Assembly: GCA_951406725.2 (NCBI GenBank)
Contig: OX597832.1
Coordinates: 21,080,001-21,144,000, forward strand
Length of the DNA stretch: 64,000 bases
Source of the DNA: Octopus vulgaris
Lineage: Eukaryota
Direction of reading: 5' to 3'
Positions 30,392 to 44,371 of this stretch are shown in pieces. The translations under genes and the position numbers were made by a program. The notes beneath the pieces were generated by a model, which saw only the letters and a program-made list of their open reading frames with translations, had not been told where the DNA came from and made no database searches. Each line of letters opens with the position of its first letter. Within the stretch, counting starts at the first letter, position 1.

Positions 30392-31194
30392 GGTGGTGGT
30401 GGTGGTGGTGGTGGTGGTGGTGGTGGTGGTGGTGGTTTCTGCTCAAACAATCTTATGCCTGCCTACCTGTCATCTACATTAAATACCTGTCATACACTAC
30501 GAACCAAACCTTGTAACATACGTATCATAATTTCGCTGATGTGTTGGTTGTATTCATCATAGTCAACCGGATTTCAATGTTTCTGTAGTTTCATAGAGGG
30601 CGCCACCAAAGACAACTAGGTCACTGTGTTGTTATTGCCGTTGTTATTGTGGTGCAGTAAGTAGATAAAGCATGGCCAAATAGACAAAAATGTTTTCTTT
30701 GCGATTATGAGTTCCCAAGTTCGATCCTACAGCAGGACAGCTTTGGCAGGCATCTTTAACCGTAGTCTTGGTTAGATGCAAACATGTGTGCGTGTGTGCG
30801 CGTGTGTGTGCGTGTGTGGAATTTGGTGTGAAGTTTGGAAGTCTGTCCGACGGATTGCTGTTGGCTGGCCTTTTTCGTCATTGCTGACGTAGTAACTTAC
30901 CCATTTCCGCCCTGTCTCGCTGTTTCCGGAAGTCAATACCTAGAACCCTAAATACATTTACCACTTTTCCAGTGAAGGATACGTCTCGAAGAAAAGAAGG
31001 GACCAGTATGGAGATGCTAGATACCTGCATGAGAGTACATCTGCCTTAGAATCCCTCCTTCCAAAATTTCTGTTGGGGTTTGCTCTCTTAGCTTTTTCTA
31101 AAAGCTTAATAAATTATTATACAAGGCAGTTGGATGGACTGTACTTGTAAATTAACAAGTTTAACAGGATTATGATGCAATACACTTTATATAT

Positions 31195-31577
31195 TGCTTT
31201 CAAATTTTTGAACATTGCCAGCAATTTCATTAAGTCGATTATATTGACTCCATTGCTCAACTGGTATTTATTTTAACGACCCCGAAATGATCAATGGCAA
31301 AAATAGTTTTGGCGGAATTTGAACTCAGAACGTAAATACGGACGAAATGCCGCCAAGCATTTTGTCCAGCGTACTTACGATTCTTATTTCCTTTATTGCC
31401 CACAGTGGGCTACACACAGAGGGGACAAACAAGGCCAGACAAACGGATACAGTCGATTAGATCGACTCCAGTCGGTAACTGGTACTTAATTTATCGACCC
31501 CAAAAGGATGAAAGGCAAAGTCGACCTCGGCGGAATTTGAACTCAGCGTGCTAACGTTTCTGCCAGCTCACCGCCTT
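31195..31577 (-). mobile_element. SINE family 2, two-unit array
   Basis: Two cores; junction at ~31384. Confidence 0.8.
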
Positions 31578-32075
31578 TATACACGTTATATGTTGCCATC
31601 ACATGCTTTTGGCTTAGTGATTAAGGTTTTGTACTAACAGTCGCAAGATCTTGGTTTCAATTCCCGGACCAGGTAGTGCTTTGTCTTCTTCTACAAAGCA
31701 CGTCCTTTCATGTTGCTCCAGTTTCCACAACTGTAAATGAGTAACAGTGTAATTGCATCGTTAGCGTGTCGGAAGAAAAGATTTACATCATTTAAGGCGT
31801 CGAGCTTGTAGAATCGTTTGCTCGCCAAGTGAAACGCTAAGCGGCATTTCGTCCGTTTTTACATTCAGATTTCTAATTCCGGCGGGGGCGACTTTGCCTT
31901 TCAGAGTTCGGGGTCAATAAAACAAATGCCAATTGAACATAAATATGTTTGTCTGTGTGTGTATATACGTGTGTGTGTGTGCATATGTATATATACACAC
32001 ATATATATATATATATATATATATGTAAATATATATGTATATATATAAATGTACATATATATATATATGTATACA

Positions 32076-32155
<80 letters not shown>

Positions 32156-32358
32156 CACGACGGGCTTCTTTCAGTTTCCCTCTACCAAATCCATTCACAA
32201 GTTAATGGCCGGGCCTGGGGCTATAGTGAGTGGACACTTTTGCCCGCGGTAAAACCCAGTAGGACTGAAACCTGAACCATCTGGTTTTCCAAAAGCAAAC
32301 TTTTAACCACAGAACCACGTCTCCATCTATACACACACACACACACACACACACTCAT

Positions 32359-32431
<73 letters not shown>

Positions 32432-32833
32432 CATACATACATACATACATACATACATACATACATACATACATACATACATAAGAAATGTGATTTTCAT
32501 TTTACCACCAATCGCTCGTTTATTATCTTCTGTAGTTTTTATATAATCTTTTCGAATTAGTATTTTCACTGTGTACATTGAGGGACGGTATGTTATGTTG
32601 TGTGAGAGACTACAAAAAGCAAAAAAAAAAAAAAGACTCTAGCACATATTTTATCACCCAACCACCAAACCAAAACAGCAAATAAATAGTTTTTCAGTTT
32701 GGTATTAGTTATGGGTGATAGTTGTCGCAAAACTTTATTATAATTTACACGCAAACCGAACACGTATCCAGCTTCGATGCTCCAGACCAGTGGAGCAGAC
32801 GAGACGAGTGTTTTTTATTGTTGTTGTTGTTGC

Positions 32834-32865
<32 letters not shown>

Positions 32866-32978
32866 CTGTGTATTTCTGTGTGTGTGCGTACTTGCTGGGT
32901 GTTGACACATGTATTTAGATATTTAATTATATGAAAGACAGGTAGGTAATTAAAAAGCGATATGAGTGTGTGTACATG

Positions 32979-33013
<35 letters not shown>

Positions 33014-33091
33014 ATATATATATATATACATACATATATACCTATCTTTCTATATATATATATATATATATATACATACATATATACCTAT

Positions 33092-33162
<71 letters not shown>

Positions 33163-33225
33163 TGTATAGATATAGATATATAGAGATATAGATATATGGA
33201 TGGGTGTGCATATACATGTATAAGT

Positions 33226-33272
<47 letters not shown>

Positions 33273-33628
33273 TATATGCACATATATATATATACATGTA
33301 TCTATGTAAGTACATATGTATGTATATATTTAAGAATACTTACATATATGTTTGTGTATGTATGCAGGTATGTATGTTTGTACGTATGTAAGTATTTAAT
33401 GAATATATGTATATCTATGCACTTCTGTTCTTATACCCATGCGAGTGCAAGCGTATATGCACCCATCTGCTGTCCGTCTATAAACGCATATTCACCACCT
33501 GACAGCATGACATCTATATGTATAAGCGCCCCTGCGTGTGTCTACGCAGACACACGCACATGTATACACAGATGCATATATATATAATCTATATAGTGAT
33601 ACACACACACAAATATATATACACAGAG

Positions 33629-33659
<31 letters not shown>

Positions 33660-33875
33660 CACACAGACAGAGGGTGATGTAGGTACTTAAATATAGTTGT
33701 AATGATATGCCCTATATATTCATCAAGAAACTTCCTTACACATATACCTACATATATATAGAGCCGTACGTATGTGTACATGTGTGTGACCATCAAATTA
33801 ACTTGAAACACGGTCTCAGACCGTTATCCAGGCGGACATTATCATGGGTGGATAATGACACGCGTATACTCAAGA

Positions 33876-33918
<43 letters not shown>

Positions 33919-33920
33919 GG

Positions 33921-33963
<43 letters not shown>

Positions 33964-34094
33964 ATATATACAGACAGTCTTTTGGCTGAGTGTGTGCGCG
34001 AGCGCGCGTTTTCAGATGTATTCCGCATGTCATTAAAAGTGATAAGAACCAAGTAATACGGTTCTGATTTTCATATAATATATTATTTGTTATA

Positions 34095-34159
<65 letters not shown>

Positions 34160-34195
34160 ATGTGTGTATGTATGTATGTATATATATATATATGC

Positions 34196-34231
<36 letters not shown>

Positions 34232-34242
34232 ATATATATATA

Positions 34243-34297
<55 letters not shown>

Positions 34298-34392
34298 ATA
34301 TAAAATATATATATATATATATATACACTATATATATACACATATATATATACACATATATATATATACACACACACAAAAATATAAAAAAA

Positions 34393-34441
<49 letters not shown>

Positions 34442-35066
34442 CAAAGGTACTTCCATAAAGCAGATGATTCAATCATAATTTTTTTCCTCCTTTTCATATT
34501 TAGATTATTTTACATAAACATATCTTTGAAAAGAAATGAAAATTGCTATCCTGCATTTTATATATATATGCGATCATCTTTATGCATATTATATTTTATA
34601 TATATATATATATAATATTATATTATATTATATATATTTTTTGTTGTTAGTTTTCATATATTTTTGATGTGCGTACATCGTAAATGTCTTTCAGATTTTT
34701 TTATAAAGTCTCAGAAGGCAGAAGAGAAATCATACATGCAAACTAACTTCAAACGCTAACTCCCTGGCTCCGTTATACATGCATACCGACATCTTTATGT
34801 GTCTGTCTATCATTATTTTATCTAGCTATCTGTCTACATATATATCTATCTGTCTATCTATCTATCCGTCTGTCTGTCTGTCTGTCTGTCAGCCTGTCTC
34901 TATATCTATTTATCCATCCACAAATCTATCAACCATCCATCTTTCTGTGTATCCTGTCTGTTTATCTGACTATTTGCCTACCAATCAATGTATCTATCTA
35001 TCTATCTATCTGTCTATCTATCTTTCTTTCTTTCTATCTATCTGTCTATATATATATATATACATA

Positions 35067-35109
<43 letters not shown>

Positions 35110-35206
35110 TACATATATATATATACAAATATATATATATACATATATATATAAATATACATATATATATATATATACATATATATATACATATACATAT
35201 ATATAT

Positions 35207-35254
<48 letters not shown>

Positions 35255-35559
35255 ACCTATGTACCTTACTAACTATTTATCTATTTATATATCTACCCTC
35301 CTGTCTTTGGTTATTTATATTTTTTATCATCTAAGTATGCATCTGTCTCTATATATATATGTGTGTGCGTAAGTACAAGAATGTATACGCCTATAATAAT
35401 CTGCTTATGTTTTATACACCCACAAACAGACACGCACATGTAAGCATGCATATATGTGTGTGTGTGTGTATGTATGTTTTTGTATATATGTATGTATGTA
35501 CATATATATATATATATAAACAGACTGAAAGATTATTAGATAGATTGATAGACAGACAA

Positions 35560-35639
<80 letters not shown>

Positions 35640-35681
35640 ACAGACAGACAGACAGAGAGACAGACAGACGGATAGATAGAT

Positions 35682-35845
35682 AAGTTTCTTTATTGGCCAC
35701 ACAGGGCTGCACACAGATGGGACAAGTTACAAGGTAGAGCTTTTCTTTTGGGGGAGAAAAAAAAAGGTGGCGTAGGTTTTCGATCAAAAGGGATCGTAAA
35801 AAGGAAAAAAGAACAAAAAAAAGAAAAAAAAGGAAAAAAAAGAAA
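35682..35845 (-). mobile_element. 5'-truncated retroelement 3' end inserted in (GATA)n
   Basis: Minus strand ..TGTGCAGCCCTGTGTGGCCAATAAAGAAACTT joined to (ATCT)n; GATA repeats on both sides; same element at 49772 and 60686. Confidence 0.8.
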
Positions 35846-37999
35846 TAGATAGATAGATAGATAGATGGATAGATATTTCTAAATCTTCGTCATATACAGG
35901 GGGAAATATATTTCCGTGCAAATCTCCGAAAGCCCTTAATAACTCATGTATTATTTTTGTTACCTGCGAATAGTCCTAAGCGTTTACATATCGTGCAATT
36001 TCCTCTCTGCAACCCACTGTTGAAGAGAACATATGTATCAGATGTTTTCATATACACATATTTCTTTATATGAATATATCTTTATATGCAACGATATATC
36101 TATATCTCTTTATCTCCCGGAAATTTATTATATCTAGCACATAATATGCGTGTGCGTATATTAGTGTATATATATATATGGTGTAGGAATAAAATAAAAA
36201 TCACGAAGTCGAGGCTAAACGAAAACGCAAACAGAGTATATTAAGTTTACGCTGAAGTTAAATTTGAAGACGTTTAATGTTTCGCGCTTACGCTCTTCTT
36301 CAGAAAGAATGGACGAGAGGAGAAAATAAATGGAGAGAGAAAAGAACGAATATTTCTCAATTAGACAGTCACAACAGACTGCTGCGACCGGATGTATACA
36401 TTTCATTTCTATAACCTATATCTTAACAGATATTTACTAAGCGCTATTTATATTATAGATGCGATGGGTTCTACAATGAATGTCGTCCTAATGGCACTTA
36501 AGTATTTCAATCATCTGGGCAACTTTTCATTGAATTCGTAAGCAATGTGCCACAGTATTTCATAGCCAAATGTTCTGGCAATGTAATTCTCATGTAGATT
36601 TAGCCTGAGACAGAGAAACAAGGATGAACTTTTGAATTCGGTTTACGGTTCATCATCCGACATGTTCTTTCTCGTTTTGCGTCAACCAAAATCCTCTCGA
36701 AAAGCTTGGTTATTAGCCGAGAGAATGGTTGGTAAATACTAATAATAACCGTTTGTAAGACCTCAACATACTTATAGTTTTGAGGAAATCGTTCGGCTAT
36801 TTCAGAAGAAAACATCAATTAACATATGACGAAAGAACAGGAATTACGTAATCACCTTCATTGGCTTACAAATGTTTCTGCTACAACAAGCAATCTTCTC
36901 AGAGCTGAGCGCTTGTGCAACATCCTATAGCTGCTTGTTATTTTGTCATTCATTGATGATATTGAAAGTGTTGGCGACAATGATGATGATGATGACGATG
37001 TCGATGACGATGGGGATAAGGATGATGATGGTGATGGTGATAGTGATGATGGTGATGATGATCGTAGAGGAATAGTACGAGGAGGATAGGAGGAGGGCGG
37101 GATGAAGGGCGTAAAAAAAGAAAAGGAGTAGGTATTGGAGGAGGGGTAATGGAAGAGGAGAAGGTAGCGCAGGGAGAGAGAAGGAGATAACGGCGGAGGA
37201 GAGGAGCTAGTAGGAGGAAGGAGAGGAGGAAGTAATGGAAGAAGAGAAGGTAGAGCAGGGAGAAAGAAGGTAGTAGCGAAAGAGAGGAGATAGTGGAGTA
37301 GGAGGAAGAAGAAGAAAAAGAAAAAGAAGAAGAAGAAGAAGAAGAAGATGAAGAAGAAGAAAAAGAAGAAGAAGAAGATGAAGAAGAAGAGGAGGAGGAG
37401 GTAATGGAAGAAGAGAAGGAGGTAACGGAAGATGAGGAATAGGAGGAACGAGGGAAAAAAGAAGGAGGAGAAGAAGACGAAGAAAATTGAATGAATAAAA
37501 TAAAAAAACGAACGAATGAAATGTTGAATGAATGAAACAATAAACAAATAAATAAATAAAGGAATAACTACATGAATGAAATTTTGTAATTTTCAGTCAT
37601 TCATTCGATGGAGGTATTTTTTTCGGCATCAAACGTTTGTGTGAATTGTCTGTATAGAAGTTGATTAATGAATAAAACCAAAAGACGAAGAATTTTACGA
37701 TCAAATCCACATTAACACACCGTTGATGTAGATAATAATTTCGATCAAGAGAACCATATATCTGTCCAATGGACTTGCTAGAAATAGCAAGTTAATCTTC
37801 CCAAGAAATCGCCCTCTGCATTCACAGACAAATAAAGCAACCCGCTGGAATATCGAAATGCGTCTAAGACTGGATTGTCACAATTGTAATGGCTTTAATA
37901 ATATTGTTATACTTGGGGATGGCCATATTTTGTTAATTAAATATATACACTATATATTTGATTTCCACTTCAGGTTGATTATCATCATTATTATTATTA

Positions 38000-38060
<61 letters not shown>

Positions 38061-38092
38061 TATTATTACTATTTTGACTCATTTTTTAAAAT

Positions 38093-38350
38093 TCTTTTAC
38101 TTGTTTCAGTTATTTGAATGCGGCCATGCTGGATCACCGCCTTTAGTTGAGCAAATCGACCCCGGGACTTATTTTTTGTAAGCCTAGTACTTATTCTATC
38201 CGTCTCTTTTGCCGAACCACCGCTAAGTTACGGGGACGTAAACACACCAGCATCGGTTGTCAAGGTGACAAATACGGACACACAAACATAAACATACACA
38301 CACACACACATACATACATACATGCATACATACATACATACATACATACA

Positions 38351-38437
<87 letters not shown>

Positions 38438-38594
38438 GACGGGCTTATTCCAGTTTCCATCCACCAGATCCACTCGGCCCGAGGATATAGTAGAAGACAC
38501 TTGCCCAAAGTGCCACGCAGTAGGACTGAACCCGGAACCATGTGGTTGGTAAGCAAGCTACTTACGACACAGTCACTCCTGCACTTATACATAC

Positions 38595-38660
<66 letters not shown>

Positions 38661-38820
38661 GACGGGCTTCTTCAAGTTTCCATCTACCAAATCCACTCAA
38701 GGCCTTGGTCGGCCCGAGGCTTTAGTAGAAGACACTTGCCCAAGGTGCCAGACAATGGGACTGAACCCGGAACCATGAGGTTGGTAAGCAAGCTACTTAC
38801 CACACAGCCACTCCTGCGCC
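38093..38820 (-). mobile_element. SINE family 1 full copy (38093-38585) plus a second 5' half (38658-38820)
   Basis: Reverse-complement match to family 1; internal (CATA)n(TA)n expansion. Confidence 0.88.
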
Positions 38821-39609
38821 TATTTGCCAAAGTTTTTTCATCACATATCCTGTGACCTCTACCACGACTCTCAGTCCCAGGTGTCTCATCTTGTTCTTCT
38901 TATTCCATTTGATGTTTGACGAAAATCTTTGACAAAGAAACTAAGATAATAATAAGGAAACTGAAGCGATGACGAAATATGTAGTACGTGTGTTTAATAC
39001 ACAAAGTATGGCCATCCATCTCGATTCTTGTTCCTGTCTACGTCTTTGTTTTTCTAATAAATTTGAACTAAAGCAATATCTGTTTCACCACATAATATCA
39101 CAGTGAGGATCATTCAAATCAAATACATAGACGGTTTTAATAATAATTCTAATGGATTAGAATTGCCCTTGGGGTAACCAACAACGTTATTAATTCGTCT
39201 ACGAAGAATTGGTTTAAAAGCTGTGTAATTGAACAAAAGTTAACTGCTAAACCCATCCAATTATTTTCAAAAATAATGATTTCTCGTAAAATGTTCAAGC
39301 TAGAAATTTAAGAAAGGGGAAAATCGATTAAATCAAATTCATTATTTGATTGATACTTTATTTTACCGACCCCGGGATGATGAAAACTTAACTTCGGCGA
39401 GATTTGAACTTGCAACGTAAAGTGCAGTATTCAAATACTTGGAATGGTAACGGATCTGCTAATCCAATAAGGACCCTTGCCATAAACTAGGTACTCGCCT
39501 GATATTCGATTTTATCAAACCCCAGAAGGGTGAAAGGCTAAATCGACTTCGGCCAGAGTTGATCTCCGAACGTAAAATACGAAGCATTTTCATGGGGCTA
39601 ACTAACAGT

Positions 39610-40490
39610 TATATCGCCGGCGGGGAGATGAGTCGCTGCAAGTTTTAGGGGTCGAGCGTCCATCATTGACCAAGGCAGGTCAAAATCACGTGATCTGCTG
39701 GTCTTGGCGCTAGAGTTGGTAGGGAACTTTCTCCTCTCTATTGATATGAACAAGGCGCAGAAGTGGCTGTGTGGTAAGTAGCTTGCTTACCAACCACATG
39801 GTCCCGGGTTCAGTCCCACTGCGTGGCACCTTGGCCAAGTGTTTCGTTTATAGTAATCAAATTTTTTTTACTCAACATTAGTTTACTCTCTCCATCAAAC
39901 CAACGTTGCCTGAAGAGGTGCACGGTGTACGACACGCCGGGCGTCGACGTGATTGCGGAGCCACGGGCAATGAAGTGTTTTACTCATGAACACAAACGCA
40001 CTTCCCTGTGCAGGAATTGAAACCACGATCTCGTGATCAGAAACGCAACACCCTAACCACTAGGCCATGCTTCCTCACAATCCAAGATATACATAAACAT
40101 GCATTGATTATACTGAGACGTTTGAGATCATATATCTATCGACCCACTCAAATAGAGCAACCAAATATCCGTCAAGGCACAAGCTTACCATCACAAGAGA
40201 AGTAAAACACACTAGACAATATATATATAAGCGACAGGGTAAGTATTAATATGGATAGGTAATATTTAATTACTAATTCAGCGTAGACGTTTCGTGAGTA
40301 CAAACTTTACCGCGGTAGATATCATGAGGGGAAAGTCTCATGTAAGCTTTTCGTGCAAAATTATTAATCCCCACTAACTCCAGTGCCGAGACCACCAGAT
40401 CACCTAGTTTTGACCTTCCTTGATCTCGTCAAGAACGGACGGTCGACCGCTAGAGATTGCAATGACTCATCTCTCCGCCAGCAATATATA
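39610..40490. mobile_element. MITE/foldback-like element with ~120-bp inverted arms; third related copy at 40586-40712
   Basis: TATATCGCCGGCGGGGAGATGAGTC.. at 39610 versus ..GACTCATCTCTCCGCCAGCAATATA at 40464-40488. Confidence 0.6.
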
Positions 40491-40897
40491 GAAAAATCAT
40501 GCCAGAACAGGCGCTGGTTTAGCGATTAGGCAGTTAGGAGGTTAAAATATATATATATGTTAGTTACAGTGACAGCCTTAATACCGAGAGATCGCTGCTA
40601 TCTCTTGCGGCCGAGCGTCGACCATTGACGAGACCAACAAAGGTCGAAATTCACATGATTTGGTGGTCTCGGCTTTGAAGCTGTTGAGGATTAATCTCTC
40701 CGCTAGCAATGTAAACAAGAGTGCAATTTACACCAAAAGGCAATATGATAGTTTCTCTCATGGCACTTATTGCAGTATAGCTTGTTCTAACGGAACATCC
40801 ACGTTTCAGTGGGGATAAACATTAACACTAAACAATGTACTCCAAGATATACATAAACATGACGTAATTATTGCGGGTTTGATACGGGGGTTTAGAA

Positions 40898-41514
40898 GGC
40901 GGTGAGCTGGCAGAAACGTTAGCACGCTGGGCGAAATGCTTTGCGGTAGTTCGTCTGCCGCTACGTTCTGAGTTCAAATTCCGCTGAGGTCGACTTTGCC
41001 TTTCATCCTTTCGGGGTCGATTAAATAAGTACCAGTTACGCACTGGGGTCGATATAATCGACTTAATCCGTTTGTCTCACCTTGTTTTTCCCCTCTATGT
41101 TTAGCCCCTTGTGGGTAATAAAGAAATAAGAAACGTTAGCACGCCGGGCGAAATGTTTAGCGGTATTTCGTCTGCCGCTACGTTCTGAGTTCAAATTCCT
41201 CCGAAGTCGGCTTTACCTTTCATACTTTCGGGGTCAATAAATTAAGGACCAGTTACGCACTGGGGTTGATATAATCGACTTAATCCCTTTGTCTGTCCTT
41301 GTTTGTCCTCTGTGTTTAGCCCCTTGTGGGTAGTAAAGAAATAGGTATTTCGTCTGCCTTTACGTTCTGAGTTAAAATTCCTCCGAGGTCGACTTTGCCT
41401 TTCATTCCTTCGGGGTCGATAAATTAGGTACCAGTTGCGCACTGGGGGCGATGTAATCGACTGGCCACCCTCCCCCAAAAACTTTCAGGCCTTGTGCCTA
41501 GAGTATGAAAGAAT
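40898..41514 (+). mobile_element. SINE family 2, three-unit array with ~15-bp imperfect TSD
   Basis: GGCGGTGAGCTGGCAGAAACGTTAGC head; junctions at ~41129 and ~41344; flanks ATACGGGGGTTTAGA and ATATGGGGATTTAGA. Confidence 0.9.
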
Positions 41515-43424
41515 ATGGGGATTTAGATTGTAACACCTTCACTGGTATTAGTCATAACAAAAGTGCACTACTACTGAAATAAAAGCATTCAACGACATAC
41601 CCGCATTAGATTTGAACTCAGATCGAGACCTCTGTACCGACTAGTCAATTCTGTATTATGTCCACGTCGACCATTTGCCTTCTACTTCTGGTCAGCCACT
41701 CGGCAACCTTATCGACCAGGCAGGCATCAGTGCGTCATTTAATAACATAGATAGATGAAAGGAAAAGGAAAAGGAAAAGAAAAGTGGGGGGGGGTGAGAA
41801 GAGATGATAAGCTGACATGCGGACAAACATGAAGAGATAACCAGTTCTTACAGTTGAGAGATCGATAAATCAATAAATGAACGGGCGGACGAACGAACGA
41901 ACGAACGGACGGACGGACGGACGGACGGACGGAGTGTAAAATTGAACTATTACGTGAATGGACTTCGGTTGAGGAAGAAATAAGAAATGTCACTGATAGC
42001 GGGATGTGAGGTGGTAGTAGGGTACTTTACATTTACCAGAAGATTCCTCGAAGATGTAAGATGTATATGTGACTCTTTGTGTGTGTGTATGTGCGTCTGT
42101 GTATGTGTGTGCGCGCGTATATTTGGGATTCGTGTGAAAATGTAATTATGGATGGATAGATGGAGGAATGGATAGATGGATTGATGGATTCATGAATATG
42201 CATGAACGAACACAAGTACGCACAAATACATTTATACACACGAGCACAAGCACAAACACATACGCATGTATATACATATATATATATACATGTATATATA
42301 TAGATACATATACGTAGATATATATATATATAAACATACATTTATATACATATATATAAATATACATGCATATATATACATATATAAATATACATGAATA
42401 ACTACATATATATAAATATACATACATATATACATATATATAAATATACATACATATATATACATATATATAAATATACATACATATATACATATATATA
42501 AATATACATACATATATATACATATATATAAATATACATACATATATATAAATATACATATATATATATAAATATACATACATATATATAAATATATATA
42601 TATATAAATATACATATATATATAAATACCAGCAGTATCGCCCGGCGTTGCTCGGGTTTGTAAGGGAAATAACTATATAAGCATTTTTAGAGATGTAAAG
42701 TATAATAGCCATCTCAATATGGTTAACCACAAAGGGGGATGTGTTACTGTAGCTTTTTACGTTCTGAGATTTAATAATACATTTTAGAGAGTTACTTCCC
42801 TTATATAATAGCAAAAAATGCATTACAAATGGGAAAAAATGATGGTAATTTTTTTTTTAAATCGTAGACTCATATAAAATTATAGAATTATTTTCCATTG
42901 CTTTCGTTTTTTTTCTTAAGCAATGGAAAAAATAGTTTAAACAATACACGTATCTCAAAACAAAAACAAAACGAATAATTTTAGACACACGCGTAACAAA
43001 TTAATTTAACAATTAAGAAGAAAAAAAACGAAAGACTAAAATCTAGGGTTAGTGTTAGAGTTAGTGACAGGATGTTATCTTAGTTGTAGACGCAGCAAAA
43101 GATTTTAGCTCAGAAAAGTATAAAGTGGAGACCCGAATCGACTGCTTAGAAGAAAAAAGGGTCCCCTCTAAAGGTACTGAAGCTGGCAGGTGGTGGTATG
43201 AAAGCGATGATGGGATTTGAAATGAGAAAGCAAAGAGGAAGGAGGAAATGGAAGTCGACGGAGTTGAAGCGGGATCGAACGCGAACCGCTTGCTGACGGC
43301 GAGGAAGGTCTTTTTAGCAACGATAACTAACGGAAAACCCACTGACAAGATGACAAAAAAAATAGAGGGGAGAGGCTGTAATAACATATCTTACATTATC
43401 ATTTATTTGTATCTCCCGGGTGAG

Positions 43425-43615
43425 AGATGGGCTGGACCCTGGAAGCACTGCAATACCAGGCCAACCCGTGGCAAAGGCGGAGCAAGCCCCTAACACTTCG
43501 CCTCGTTCCAAAAATCAGTTTAATATCGATGGCCCCAAATAGGGACCATATCAGATATTAAGCTGATAAGAACAGATACTACACTTTGATCTTAGCCAAA
43601 AGGCCGAGAAGCGAT
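43425..43615 (-). ncRNA. U2: U2 spliceosomal snRNA, full length
   Basis: ATCGCTTCTCGGCCTTTTGGCTAAGATCAAAGTGTAGTATCTGTTCTTATCAGCTTAATATCTGATA..; branch-pairing GTAGTA; stems IIa, IIb (TGGTCCC/GGGGCCA) and IIc complement ATATTAA; Sm site GATTTTTGG; stem III; stem-loop IV CCTGG-TATTGCAGTGCTT-CCAGG. Confidence 0.97.
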
Positions 43616-43661
43616 AATTTTTCTTCTTTACCACAGACTATATTTACACAAGTTAATGTTA

Positions 43662-43682
43662 CACCCACTGATGTGTAAATTA
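43662..43682 (-). promoter_or_regulatory. Putative snRNA proximal sequence element (PSE)
   Basis: TAATTTACACATCAGTGGGTG at -67..-47 of U2; position and TAATT start resemble protostome PSEA; sequence match is partial. Confidence 0.45.
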
Positions 43683-43859
43683 TTTATTCCAATCACACTT
43701 AATTACCTGCTATATTGTCAAGATATTCAATCCTTACATTTTCTAGTTTAAGATATTTTTAATATCTTTAAATCAATTATTTGTAAGTTTATATGGATAT
43801 TGTATGTTGAATGGTAAATATAGGTTCTTATCATTATATAAAGTAAACGTCTAAGACAA

Positions 43860-43891
43860 GTGACGTCACCAAGATAGGGGTCGAGGCCAAT
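43860..43891. promoter_or_regulatory. Putative distal element of the U2 promoter (CRE palindrome + CCAAT)
   Basis: GTGACGTCAC at 43860-43869 and CCAAT at 43887-43891, about 245-275 bp upstream of U2, where snRNA distal elements usually lie. Confidence 0.3.
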
Positions 43892-44371
43892 CACTTATCA
43901 GACTGGCTGCTGGGTAGCAGGTCACACTGCGTGAATCTGACTGACCACTGACCAGAGCGTTCAATCCTCGATTAGTGCATCTTCCATTTAAATCATATTT
44001 ATATACTAATAATAAATATCTATTTCAGCGACACCGCTACGGAAAATGGGATTTTTTTCTAGCGGTGTCAAATGAAATTGTCACCCATAATTATAACCCT
44101 AGTATCGATCTATCGCATTTCAATCTATTTTAGGGTTAGGTTTAGAGTTAGGGTTAGGGGTGGGGGAAGTGTATCTTTTTTTCTTCGCAAATGTAAATAA
44201 ACCCAATCTGTTTCTGAGGGACATATTCATACAGCACGGAATGTTTTCACCCCAAATGGAGGTGAGCGATTGGTTAAAATTGCCGAAATGCTCGAAATTA
44301 AAGTCGAAATATGTTACAACATATAGAATTTTCTCAATAAAGCCAAGAAAAAATGATGTTTTATAAACACA

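Noticed and set aside
40235-40246. CAGGGTAAGTAT resembling the reverse complement of the U1 5' end
   Set aside because: One extra base and no U1 stem-loops or Sm site follow
43061-43511. ORFs of 108, 81 and 65 aa beside or overlapping U2
   Set aside because: No recognisable domain; two overlap the snRNA; probably U2 3' flank
43425-43615. U2 as a processed pseudogene or as the target of a Keno/Utopia insertion
   Set aside because: U2 is full length and uninterrupted, with no poly(A), TSD or adjacent LINE sequence
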